From assembly GCA_013265495.1 (NCBI GenBank), contig MU058636.1:2046001-2110000 (forward strand): DNA of 64,000 bases, read 5' to 3'. A program made the position numbers and the translations under genes. This document shows, one piece after another, positions 1 to 11,815 of the stretch (position 1 is its first letter; every line of letters starts with the position of its first letter). The notes beneath the pieces were generated by a model, which did no database searches, was not told the DNA's origin, and was given only the letters and a program-made list of their open reading frames with translations. This stretch comes from Vicugna vicugna (taxonomy: Eukaryota).

Positions 1-50
1 TTGTACCTACAAAAGAAAAATTAAAAGTTATATTTATTCTTTCATGTCAG

Positions 51-190
51 CAAGCAGATCTGATATCATTAGGAAAAGTTGTGTTGGCTTTGGCTTGCAA
101 CTCTTTGGCAGGAATTCAGCGAGAGAATTTACAGAAAGCCATGGAACTGGTGACAATCAACTACTCCTCTGACCTGAAGAATCTCATTTT
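51..190 (+). CDS. PAN3: PAN3 coding exon (5th from last; ~exon 15): QADLISLGKVVLALACNSLAGIQRENLQKAMELVTINYSSDLKNLI(L)
   Basis: Acceptor tcag ends at 50 and donor gtaagt starts at 191. The 140-nt exon translates to the PAN3 pseudokinase C-lobe and joins the next exon in frame (TT|A). Confidence 0.96.
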
Positions 191-446
191 GTAAGTTTTA
201 ATATAATGATCATATGAGATAAGATAGAGCTTTTTCATGAGGACCTTTTATAGTGATTCTGTGTATTTTAGTTTCCACTATTTAAAATCAGGGGAAATAT
301 AATTAAACAGCTTTTAATTTCTTTATTTTTATTGCTAAGTGTATCTTTCTTGGAATACATTCATAAACCAGTGTGTTTAAATTAGTTACTGATATTTTAA
401 ACATTTGGCCAAAGGATGGACCCTATAAAGCTGCATTGGTATCTTC

Positions 447-624
447 TAGCTACATGTGACCTTTTAAGTTTAAATGAATTAAATAAAATGTGAAAGTCAG
501 TTCCTCAGTCACACCAGCCATATTTTAAGAGCTCAGAAGCCGCGTGTAGCTTCTGTATAATAATTGGACAGTGTGGACATGGAACATTTGGATCATCTCA
601 GAAAGTTCCATGAGGCAGTGCTGC
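447..624. mobile_element. MER3-like hAT-Charlie DNA transposon relic
   Basis: Motifs tagctacatgtg...ttcctcagtcacaccagcca...ttggacagtg...gaaagttc...cagtgctg resemble the MER3/MER33 consensus (from memory). Confidence 0.6.
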
Positions 625-1339
625 TCCGGAGAGGGATCAGGTATCTTTGTGAAAGCAACCTGGCGTAAACAACCTCAGAGGCAGCCCAGCTCCAGAAAGC
701 GTGTGTGTGAGGGGCCCCGCATTTCTCCTCCAGTAGCTTCATACTCCGGGGGATTCTTGAGTATGGGTTTGCGTGGTTTTGGCTTAAGAGAAGCCCAGTG
801 CGGACTGCTGTCCCCACAGAAGGACTTCTCCCTGTCTAAGGTACATCTAACACTGGGGAGTTCCAGAGGATGGACAGCCATAACTCTTAACATAAGTTAC
901 TCAAGGGAACACATGTGAGGAAGTCTCTTGTGAAATTTTTTTCTACTATGTTCTAGAAGCAATTAGAGCTTATTGATCCTTTTCAGTCTCTTTTAGCTTC
1001 CAGCTGTTCCTTCTGATCTTTCTGTGTAACCCTGGATGATCCAGTTTCTTTTTGGACTAGCCCTGTGGTATGGAATCGAGGGTTGGAGGATGGGGCTGCC
1101 CACCTGTGCTTTGTTGCACTGGCATAAGTGTCTTGCTTGTGACAGAGCCCTGGAAGCCAGTGGTTACCTGGTTCCTTTTAACAATCAAATGAGATGATTT
1201 CTCTTTTAAATGAAAATATTTGCTTCGTGTATTACCACGACAGTGATTCCTAGCGTGCCTTGCGATGCCTAGGACGTCGTAGATAATACCAAGTTACAAT
1301 TTTCCTTCTTTAAAAAAGTGAGAGTAAAGGATGTAAATG

Positions 1340-1460
1340 TAACAAATTGGCTGTACATTAATAATTACTGAAACTGGGTGATGGGTACATGGGGATTCAT
1401 CATACAGTCTCTCTACTTTTATAAATGTTTGAAATTTTCTTTAATAAAAGAATAAAAAAA
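1340..1460 (+). mobile_element. Ancient L1 (L1M) 3'-end fragment
   Basis: ctgggtgatgggtacatggggattcat...tgtttgaaattttc...aataaaa plus an A-tail. Confidence 0.65.
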
Positions 1461-1489
1461 GTCATACTTTCATACTAACGAATAACTAA

Positions 1490-1670
1490 AATTTATAGAA
1501 CAATAAACTATGTGTCAGGCACTTTTGAAATGATTGATGCAAATTAATTCACCTAATTCTCCCAATAACTATATATATTAGGTACCATTCTTAGCTCCAT
1601 TTCAGGGATGACAAAAGTGAGGCTTGGAGATGTAAAGTACCTTGCCAAAATAACATAGCTTAAAATGACT
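1490..1670 (-). mobile_element. MIR SINE fragment
   Basis: tatgtgtcaggcact...ccatttc...tgaggcttggagatgtaaagtaccttgccaa, the MIR core. Confidence 0.6.
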
Positions 1671-2643
1671 TTTAAGTATGAGTAGTTAGATGTAAAATAT
1701 GTCAGTAATTATAGGTGAATGGTTAAGACATAGATTATCCACATGGATTTATAACATTCATTTATTCAACAAAAGAATGGCTACTGTATGCCAGATGCTG
1801 ACAGTACTTTGAATAAGATGAACAAAATTCCCCATGCTCTGAAGCTTCCACCCCAGTGAGGAGGAGCTGCTAAACATATAAGCCAGTAAGGTGTCCTATG
1901 AATAAAATAAAAGAAAGATTTCACAGAGAGTGAAAGAGTGGGAGCTGCTCTAATGAGAATGGTTAGGACATGGCTTCCCTATCAGAATAAGCAATAAAAA
2001 GGTGATGATCATCATTGTGTTCGGACAGGTAACCCTTTGACATACGTAGTATCTTTCTGCTTTAATTATGATAGAAGAAATTGACTTGGTCTTTTCTGAT
2101 ACGTGTTAGTGCATGAAGATTTCTCATAAATATATGTACTGTGACAGCTGCTGGTAAAAGAAGTCGCAGAGCAGGAGACAGCTTCCTAAAAAGCTGAACC
2201 CTGTTTGACTTCCAAGATGGGAGACCTAGTTTTAGTTACAAAAGTTATTTTCAAAGAGCAATGGAAAATTTCCCTACCTACAGCCACCCATCCCCTCTCC
2301 AGAAAAGCTTGTAACAATGTTTTCATCTCCTACTATTGTAAAGGAGGGTTTGAGAATAGAAATATGGTAAGTGTAACCCTACCCACCTTTCCTTTCCCAT
2401 TGTCATAATAGCAAAAAAGTTAGAGAAAGAAACATTTTTACAGTTTTCTCCATTGTCTTTTAAAGTCTTCCAGAGAAAAGAAATGTAATTATTAAGCTTT
2501 AAAAATGAACTTGACTTGCATGAAAAATTTTTTCAAAATTGTGCACACTAACATGATGGTGGCAGCAGGACCCGTGTGCTTGTGGGTTATGTTTTTTAAA
2601 TTGCATGTTTGGCATTCAAGTGATCCTTCTTTATTTTGGTTAG

Positions 2644-2773
2644 ATACTTGTTAACTGACCAGAACAGGATGCGGAGTGTCAATGACATCATGCCCATGAT
2701 TGGTGCTCGATTTTATACTCAATTGGATGCTGCTCAAATGAGAAATGATGTCATAGAGGAAGACCTTGCAAAG
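2644..2773 (+). CDS. PAN3: PAN3 coding exon: YLLTDQNRMRSVNDIMPMIGARFYTQLDAAQMRNDVIEEDLAK
   Basis: tag acceptor at 2641-2643 and gtaaat donor at 2774. Peptide is inside ORF 2636..2824 and is the PAN3 pseudokinase end/coiled coil. Confidence 0.97.
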
Positions 2774-3242
2774 GTAAATTGTGTAGTTAAAAGAGTGTTG
2801 ACACACTTGCATCTGTGTGTGTAAATAGATGTAAAACAGTAATCACTGTGCTGAATATAGTGCAAAGCTGAATAAGATGGTTTGCAGATATATTTGTCCA
2901 AACTTAATGTTCAGTATTCTGATTTCTTAGATCTGCTGGGCATTTATTTTGTTCTTTTTTTTGCTCATGACTTTGCTGTAGTCGTGAGAGACAGTCTTGA
3001 TTTTTTTTTTAATTGTTAATACTTTATCAGTTCTTAACTATGGACAACCGCATAGTCTTCTTGAGTATTACTGTTGAATGAAATGGACCTGTTGTGTTCA
3101 AAAGTACAACCAGAAGGTGGAGATGTTAGGATTTATTGTTTAAAGGTAATGTTGATACAGGATACCAGTTTTGTAAACTTTTGCTTTTATATTCAGTTAG
3201 CTGGAACATTAATATTCTCTCTCTTTTTAAAATGTTTTATAG

Positions 3243-3307
3243 GAGGTTCAAAATGGAAGACTGTTTAGGCTTCTAGCAAAATTGGGAACAATCAATGAGA
3301 GGCCGGA
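3243..3307 (+). CDS. PAN3: PAN3 coding exon: EVQNGRLFRLLAKLGTINERP(E)
   Basis: Polypyrimidine tract with tag acceptor ending at 3242; donor gtaagg at 3308. 65 nt, phase-compatible with both neighbours. Confidence 0.96.
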
Positions 3308-4299
3308 GTAAGGATTTACAGTATTTTACAATGTGTTGTCAATCAAGGGCACTATTTTGCATAACAAGAATGAGTATGCCTTATTCTTACTGGCTTTATT
3401 TGGAAGAAGGGAAGAATTCTCAGGTGAAGTGACCGTAAGCTTGTGGTTAGCCATTAGGGGGCTGTTTTTTAACCCCAGCCTGGGCGTGGTTGCCCCTGAG
3501 ATTTCACATACACACATGCATGCAGAAAAGACACTGTGCTAGAAATCCATCGTGGTTTGCACACGAGGGAGCGTTTCACGACCATCAGTACTTCCTCTGT
3601 CCTGCCTCCTTTTTGAAGCCTGCTCAGTTCAGTTGGCCTTGGTCAGATTCAGATAACGTCAGAAATTTCTAATTGTTGCGTGCCTCCTATCTTCTGTTAA
3701 AGTGCGGTATTGATCACTGTCGTAATCACTGACATTGGGTAGGGCTTACCGTCCAGCGTTATTACTTGTTGTTTCGCTGTGCCGTGCTTGTAAGTTAAGT
3801 TAATCATACGCTCAAGAAAGAAGCAGGGTTGATGTTTGCTCTTTATACCTGTCAAAGACGGACAGAACAGCAGGGCAGCTGTTGTGCCTGCAGTTAAGTT
3901 ACATTTCAGGATTGTTACCTCTGTTAGCAGAGGTAGGTGATGGAGAAATACCATTGCTTGGGGGACTCAGTGAGCACTTCTCCCTATTGCTCTTTCTAAA
4001 CAAAGAGAACATGACTTGACCCATGTAAAAGACCAGCTGTTTCTTTTGGCATTTATCTCTTTATATAAAAATATGGTTTGAGTGCCATTTCTTGCTTTCT
4101 CTTCAGTATCTTCCTCAGCTAATGACCTTGTCCTGGAAGATGAGGCCGTATCTTTCAGACCCCCTTCCCTTAACTAGACACACACATACACTTTGTAACC
4201 CATGAATTTTGAGAGAAATCTCTATTCAGTGTTGACGTTATTAAAACAAGGTAGCTGTACCACATAGTAAATCACGAACACATTTCCTTTCTTTTGTAT

Positions 4300-6960
4300 T
4301 TTGTTTTTTGATTTTTGTTTTCCTGTTGTTAATAATTGTCTCATATAGAAAACTAAACAAGTAAAAAAATACTTACCACCAGTTCATTGCCGGCTCTCTG
4401 CCAGAGTTGACCTTTCCATATGGTCAAAAATAGGCCCCCTGTCAGCTCCCCGTTTCCCTCCACCCTAGAGAAGTTGCCCCTGGGGCTCTGTTCCTCTTCC
4501 TCTCTGGGCTGGTTGTGCTTAAAGCCTGCGCACGTTCACTTTAGAGCTGGCGCTTCCCTTCACTCTTGCCCTGGGGGTCCTCGTGTCCCTCCCTTTGTGT
4601 TGGATACCCTGTTCCTTGCTTTTTCCCTTGGTTTATCCTTTTGAGTTAACGGAGCATGTCCTCCTGTAGCTTCCTGGGAAAGGTGAGTTTTTTGATTCTC
4701 TGAAAGTCTGAAAACGCCTGTATCCTAGTTCCATACTTTATTGTTAGTAGGATTGGGCATATAATTCCAGGTTGTCCCCAGAAAATTCTTATTAATTAAA
4801 TCCTTTGAATAGGTTGTATACTAACTAATTTCTTAAGAAATAGACAGAGATTTGTAGTGAAAAATGTTAAGTTTCTCTTTCATACCCGCCACCCTCAGTC
4901 TACCCTGTTCCTTCCACCAGTCTTTCATTTTATTAGTCTCTCGCACGTATTTCCCAAGTCCGCGCCCGTAACCACTGTGCTGTGCTGCCCCACGATTTCT
5001 AGCTGTGTGATAGTCCATCCTGTACATACTTGTCCTTTATTTCTCCAGTTCCTCATCAGTGGGCATTTGAGTTGCTCTCAGCCTTTTGCTAGCATAAGCA
5101 GTTCTGTGGGGACTGACTTAGGCACACTTAATTTTGTGTGTGCATAAATATGGGCCCAGCAGTGATTGTTAGGTCAGGGTCCACTGTAGTCTGATAGCTT
5201 AGAAGAATTTACCAGCAAACAGGGCATTAGAGTATTTCACCAACAATACTTCTCTCAAACTTTTGGATTTTTGTGAACCTAATAGATGAGAAAATGAATC
5301 TTAGTACAGTTTTTTTTTTTTGTATTTGCTCATAATGAGCATGTTGCCAATCTTTTTTTTATGTTTTTGATTCATTTCTATTTTCTTTCCTGTCTGTCCG
5401 GATCCTTTGCCTATTTTTGTTTTCATTTGGATTGTCTGTCTTTGATGTGCAGAAGCCAGAGAGATTTACCCTCTGTGATCATTTTCTTTTAAGTTTGTCA
5501 TTTTTTTTGACCTCCTTATTTTTTTCCCATGTAGACTCTTTTATATGTAGTCTAATTGATCAAACTTCTTTTGTGCTTTTGGATTCTGAGTCTAATAAGA
5601 TAGTTAGAAAGGCTTTTTTTACTCCAAGATTCTGAAGGAATAATCTTACAGATTCTGCTAGGATAGTTATGGTTTCATTTTTTCATATTAAAGACTTTCA
5701 TATATTTGAAATTTATATAAACTATAAGGTATGAGGTCAGTCGTCCCCCCCGGTGACTACCCAGTGGTTCAAAAGCTACTCATTGAATAGTCCAGCTTAT
5801 TCCCTGGTTTATTAAGGCAGTGCTTCTTTGACACTGTCTTAACGATAGATGTCTTTAAATATAGTTGTGTTAGAGGTCTTTCTTTTTTCCATTTTACTGT
5901 TTTTTGTTTTCCTGAAACTTTAATTTTCTGGATAAATTCTAGAGTCAGCTTTTTTAGTTAAAAAAATCAGTAAACTTGATGGTATTTTTATTCAGTTTGT
6001 TGGTAAACTGAAGGAGCGTTCGTGTTTTTAGGCATGGAGTCAATCAAGATGATGGCCGGCATTATATTTGCTGGCGTCTACTTTAGTACTCGGTGTTTCA
6101 GGTTGCTCTTTATATAGCCACCGCACACTAAGTTTAATCTTGGGTATTTTTCCTTGTTGCTGTTATAAATGGAAATTTCTCCCCATTCTGTCTTCTTAGA
6201 CTGCTTGTTACTGGTATACATGAAAATGACTGATTTCTAGGAATTTTGTGCCTTAGTACTTTAGTGCTTGGATGGTTTTTCAGTGAATTCTTCTGGGTTT
6301 CCCAGGCGTATAGTCATGTCTTCACATAATGATGCTTACGTTTCTTCCCTTCTAATTTCTGTATTTTTTATTTCTCTTACATGATTGTGTTAACTACTAC
6401 CTCTAGTTAATAGTAATGACAGTTTCTTTCAGAATTTGAAGTTTTGCTCCATTGTCTTTTAATGTCCAGGCAGATTCAAAGCCATTTTCTTTCCAAATCC
6501 TTCTCCACAACCCGCATGCTTTTAGGACCTTTTTTTTTTTTTTTTTTAAATCACTGATGTACAGAAATTCACAAGGATGTGCCTTGGTGTGGGTTTGGGG
6601 TTGATTCTGATGAGTCAGTAGTGGGCCTTTTACTCTTGGGAACTTGTGTCCTTCCATTCTAGGAAGCTGTCTTACTGTTTCTTTGATAACTTTTCGTGAC
6701 TTTTTCTGGAATTCCCATTGCCTAGCTGTTAGACCTTTGCAATTGATTGTCTAATATTCTCTTCTATTTTCTATATTGTGTCTTTTTGTTCTACTTTCTA
6801 GGCAATTACCTCAACTTATTTTGTCTAAAGTCAAAGATTTTTTTCCCCTAATCCTTTGAATTTTTAAATTTCTACTACCATATTTTGAATTTTTCAGGAG
6901 CTTTCTGCTTTCTAAATGTTTCTGTCTTACAACATCTAATTCTTGTTTCTTTGAGGCTGT
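4300..6960 (-). mobile_element. Highly decayed ancient L1 (L1ME/L1MC-like) fragments in a PAN3 intron
   Basis: Long T-rich tract with antisense-L1 phrases (gggcatttgagttg, tttgcctattttt, ttctgggtttcccagg). Boundaries are approximate. Confidence 0.5.
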
Positions 6961-6984
6961 CAATTATAGTTTTTGGTTAGTGGG

Positions 6985-7091
6985 TTTTTTTTTAACTTTT
7001 TTTTTTTATAATGGAAGTGCTGGGGATGGAACCCAAGACCTTGTGCATGTTAAGCATGCGCTGTGCCACTGAGCTATGTCCAACCTCCTCC
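6985..7091 (-). mobile_element. Camelid-type tRNA-derived SINE (Vic-1-like)
   Basis: Reverse strand reads ...atagctcagtggc...gcttaacatgcacaaggtcttgggttccatccccagc with an A-tail; Pol III A/B boxes. Confidence 0.8.
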
Positions 7092-8121
7092 CTGCCTTAA
7101 ATTTCATTCTGTTCCCTGCAATATCTTATAGGAAACAGGAGTTTGCCTTGTTTTAATTTATTCCCCAAAGAATTTGTGATCCTTGGCTATTCATTGATAT
7201 TAAAAATGAGGTCCTAAAAAGCTAATGGGAAGCTCCTTGTTGGGCAGGGGTTGTAGAATGTGTGGGAAAACATTGTGATACTCTATGTATGGTTTTTGCT
7301 TGTTGTTGGTAGACTCCCAAATGTTAATATTTCTCTTGGGAAGGTCAGCTTCTCCAGAAAAGAGTTTTCCACCATCTGTAGTATAAACCCATAGCCAAGC
7401 ACTGAGGAGCCAAATAGTGAGAAAGCGCTGGTTGAATAGTCTCGCCCACCGCCCATCTCCTGGCTTGCTTTACCTGGCCTTCCGGAGGCTTGGAGTGTCT
7501 GTTCACTTTGTCTAGTGTCCTTTCTCGCAGATTTCTGTTAGGCAGAAGCAGGGGTGGGGATGAGAAATGGGTTATCTATTTGCTGTTATAGAATCTTTCA
7601 TCAGTTCTGTTTCCAGCCTGGGTGCACGCCTGCACCTGTAGTCGGACCTAATGACTCACTCACTGCCTGAGCCTCCCTGGGTGGCTTGTGTCTTGTGGCC
7701 CCCCCCCCTTGATGCACCCACCACAGCGTGAGTTCAGTGTCTTCAGGTCTGCCAGGTCACACATTTGCCTGTCTGCTTTCTACCTTCTAGATTTCTGTCA
7801 GTATGTTTTGTCTCCTGTTGTTTTGGATCCCTTTGTCCTTGTATGTTTATACCCTTTCTTAGACGTTTATTGTCAGTTTGGTGGGCCTTTGAAAAGGACC
7901 AGAGATAAATGGGCATGTTTATTTAATCAGCACTTTAATTAGAAGTCCCTTGCATGATCTTTGTAAAGCAGATACATACTTGTGCTGGGCTTCCCTCCTT
8001 GTTCTTGGAATGCAGACCTGAGTTTTAAACATGATCCAGGGCTGCATGGTCTGACCTCTCCCTTTTTATACTTGCTTCAGATCTGCCTCTTTTTCCTTTT
8101 AATGTCCTTTCGCCTCTTGTG

Positions 8122-8322
8122 CTCTGTGCTCCTGTCTCTCACCCCTCTGTGTCCTTGCTCCTCCTCTTTTCTCCCCTAGCCCCACCCAGCCACGCTGACC
8201 ATTCCTGAGCGCCCCGTCCTCTGTGCTCCTGTCTCTCATCCCTCCGTGTCCTTGCTCCTCCTCTTCCCCCCAAGCCCCGTCCAGCCACGCTGACCGTTCC
8301 TGAACGCCCAGTCCTCTGTGCT
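8122..8322. repeat. Tandem duplication of a ~96-bp unit (8122-8218, 8219-8313, partial third copy)
   Basis: ctctgtgctcctgtctctca...ccagccacgctgacc...ttcctga occurs twice with few differences. Confidence 0.9.
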
Positions 8323-9091
8323 TTGCAAGTGCTGCTGCCCGTGACTGGGAGGCTTCCTTCCACTCCCTCCTCTGGAGGGCCTTCCTCTGCTTCCCAGATG
8401 CATTCATATCTCTGACCTATGCCTTATCCCTTTTGCTTAATAGCGTTATCTAAATACGCAGTTACAACTTTTTTTGGTTGTTCGAATGTCTGTGTTTTCC
8501 CACCAGCCTGCATGTTCCGTAGATCACTGAAAACTAACCGTGATCATCTGGTCCGTTTTTCAGTTCTTTGTAGCTCACTTTCATATCATCACATGATGGG
8601 AGGAAACTGAAATCTACCCTCTTTTTGTTTTCTTAAACATTTCCCTATTTTATGCCCATCAGTAAAGGTTACTCTCTTTCATCCTATTTCTAAAGATATC
8701 TAAAGACATTTGCTTTCTTCCCCATTTTATCTAATGGTAGGGGCCTAAATAAGGAAGTGATTATAAAATTATTTTAAAACTATTTTGAAAATTATAAAAA
8801 GGAGTGTGTAAGGGGGTGATCACCTCGAGTAGAAACTGGTATTCATACTTTGATGTTTAGTGAGATTATTTTTTTAAAAACATCTATGAGCAGTCTGGAC
8901 ATAAAATTTGAAAAAAAGTTTTTTTAGCTTTCCCATAACTTTGGGAGGATTAAAAAAAAAACTACACACACAAAAAAACCCCAACTTTCTTATAAACAAT
9001 AAAATTAAACTAGTTTTGAGTCTGAAGTATAAACATGTAGCCACATGGTCCACAGTGTGAATTATTGAGATAAAATATTACCTTCCCCCAG

Positions 9092-9230
9092 GTTTCAGAA
9101 GGATCCTACCTGGTCAGAGACTGGAGACCGTTATCTGTTGAAACTCTTTAGGGATCATCTTTTTCATCAGGTGACAGAAGCGGGTGCTCCCTGGATTGAC
9201 CTCAGTCATATCATTTCTTGTCTTAACAAG
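9092..9230 (+). CDS. PAN3: PAN3 coding exon: FQKDPTWSETGDRYLLKLFRDHLFHQVTEAGAPWIDLSHIISCLNK (C-terminal knob domain)
   Basis: ccag acceptor ending at 9091; gtaatt donor at 9231. Contains the PAN3 WSETGDRY motif; overlaps ORF 9138..9344. Confidence 0.97.
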
Positions 9231-9946
9231 GTAATTTGTATCTGGGTTTTGAAGATCAGAATGCTGTCTGCAATTTATAGAGTTGCATCTTTTGCAAATA
9301 CTAAGAGACTTAAGAAATTAAGGTGCTATTCTACTGTAATCTAGGAGACATTTTATTAATAATTGTTTGATATGTCTACTTAATACTAATTTCTAGAATG
9401 GGGAGAAAATTTTTTTAGCAACTACATGAATAATTTCAGAATTTTTCATTGTGAATCCTTTTGTTGTGATAAAATGTCACAAAATGACTGCCTCTCCTCC
9501 GCATACTGTATTTTATTTAACAAATGTAGTTTGTTACAACAAATAAAGCAATGAGTGGGAAAAACAAAAATAATTTTGTGTTTAAGTATCCTTCAAAAGT
9601 TGGATTCCTTTCTTCTGAGTCATCGTGAGTCGTGTTGAACGTGCTCGTGTCGTCGGTTTGTCCACCGTTAGCGGTGGGTCCTCGTCAGTGTGAGACTCGG
9701 AAACGCGCAGGACCACGAGCACTGGCAGGCCCCACTGTGATGCGTGGGGAGTCAGGTCGCCAGATGAATTGAGTAGACAGAGATGTCATGATTTGAGAGG
9801 CGGGCTTTGTGTTTCTGAAAGGGCTAGGAGAGAGACAATTTACAGAGGAAGGGAGGAGTGCATTTTCCTTATGAATTACTGGGAATTACAGAGAGCAGAA
9901 TGGTCTAGAAGTAAATCCTAGCCTTTGAATAGGTTTATGTCTAAAT

Positions 9947-10146
9947 CAGGGGTTGACAAACTGGCCTTTGTACCAGATCCTTTTGATAGCCTGTTTTTGT
10001 ACAGCCTGCAAGATAAGAAAAGGTTATACATTTTTAAAAGATTGTGAAAACAAAAACAAGAAGAATATGTGGCAGACTTATATGTGGCCCTGAAATTTAA
10101 AACATTTACTGTCTGGCCCTTTATAGAAAACATTTGCTGACCCCTG
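9947..10146. mobile_element. MER58-like hAT MITE with TIRs and 8-bp TSD
   Basis: CAGGGGTTGACAAAC ... TTTGCTGACCCCTG; flanks GTCTAAAT (9939-9946) and GCCTAAAC (10147-10154). Confidence 0.85.
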
Positions 10147-11674
10147 GCCTAAACTGCCCCTAAGTTGCAGGTACTAGAGGAGAAGATACCTACGGTGGCA
10201 CATGATTTAGGACTGTTGTCTGGTATGCTAACCCTTCAGGTGAAACACGTGGAGTCTTGTTTTTAAGCCCTGCACCACTTTTCCTCGCTTGAATTTCCTT
10301 AGAGCTCTTTAGAGAACATTGTCAGTAACGCACATGAAGACAGGACAGAACCGTATGTACCACTGAGCTCATCTGGTATGATTTATAGACTCAGTTTCCC
10401 TTTTCCCATGAAGGGAAGGTGTTTTTCTTGAGAGCACCAAGTGGAGAATAATTCTTCCAGATTTTCAAAAACAGTACCCAGTATCAAAGCCCCAGGAATT
10501 AAAAATACGTAGAGGTAGTGTGAGCACTGACAGGCAGATCCTGTAGGATAAGCTGTGGGCAGATATCTTGTATGAAGATTCTTTAATGAATATTAGAATA
10601 ATTGAAAATTTGAAGAAATTCTAGTTCATTTCATAAAATAACTAGGAGCAAGTAAAATTTACCTTAAATCTGAAAATGTGACAATTTTTTTTAGGTTTGG
10701 AAAGAGTATAATAAATTAAAAGGGATGGATGACCATTTGATGATATAAAAATTAAAATTTTGCATCGCTTATTTTCATGAAATGATGACAAATTAAGTGG
10801 TAAAATGATTTGAATGGTTGTACCATCAGAAGTAGTTTTAAACACATTTTAATGAATTAGTGAAAAAGGAAGGGAAAATGTACATTGAAAACTTATAAAA
10901 AGTAAAGTGAAAACCCTAACGAGAAGTTATTTGATGGACTGTGGACTAAGAATTCGTCCTTATGCTTTATAAAGGCCTCATTAAAATACTGTTGCCAAAT
11001 CCTGATAAGGATTTGATAAAGGTCACATACTGGCTTTGACACAAGTGGAAATAAAGTTAATGTGTGAAAACATTTCATAATATTAATAAAAAAATTTAAA
11101 TTAAAATAGCAAGATACTCATTTGGTATAGAGTCACTGGTAAATTGATATGATTCAATAAATCAGTGGTGTCTGATATCCGTTGGAAAGCAGTTTGTATG
11201 TATTAAGCTATAAAATTACTCGTAAGTTTTGGTTGATTATTTATACTTTTAAGTGTTTCTCCTAGGGAAGTAATTCTACAGAAGAAGAAAATAGGTGGCT
11301 GAATGTGCTCATTGCACTGTAACTCATGATGCCAAAAACTTGGAATGTGTTGGGGGAGTAACTGAATTATGCAGTAATCATTGAGTATGCCAAAATTGAA
11401 TACACAGCTGGATGGAATATAATGCAAACAGATGTTAAGCATGAAAGAGATAGGTAGCAACATAGGACAGTTTTTTAAAAAAACACAACCGGGTTGAAAC
11501 GTATATGCATACTGATTAGTGGTGTGAAGTGTTTATGTATATACAGAGGGGGATGTGACAGAATATTTAAAAATGTTTCGTGTATCATTGTTTCAAATGT
11601 TGTCCTAAAAGAGATGAAGTAGATTATCTTCTGCATGGTTTGAAACTCCTCTTTTGTGTACCTGTCTGTTTCAG

Positions 11675-11815
11675 TTAGATGCTGGTGTGCCAGAAAAAAT
11701 AAGCCTCATTTCCAGAGATGAGAAGAGTGTGCTTGTGGTGACTTACAGTGACTTAAAGCGATGCTTTGAAAATACTTTTCAAGAGCTGATTGCAGCTGCG
11801 AATGGTCAGTTGTAG
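11675..11815 (+). CDS. PAN3: PAN3 terminal coding exon: LDAGVPEKISLISRDEKSVLVVTYSDLKRCFENTFQELIAAANGQL*
   Basis: tttcag acceptor ending at 11674; TAG stop at 11813-11815. Matches the known PAN3 C-terminus. Confidence 0.97.
   Translation, partial: LDAGVPEKISLISRDEKSVLVVTYSDLKRCFENTFQELIAAANGQL

Noticed and set aside
8122..8322. CRISPR-like or prokaryotic repeat array
   Set aside because: Only a two-unit tandem duplication with no spacers; the whole window is spliceosomal mammalian DNA.
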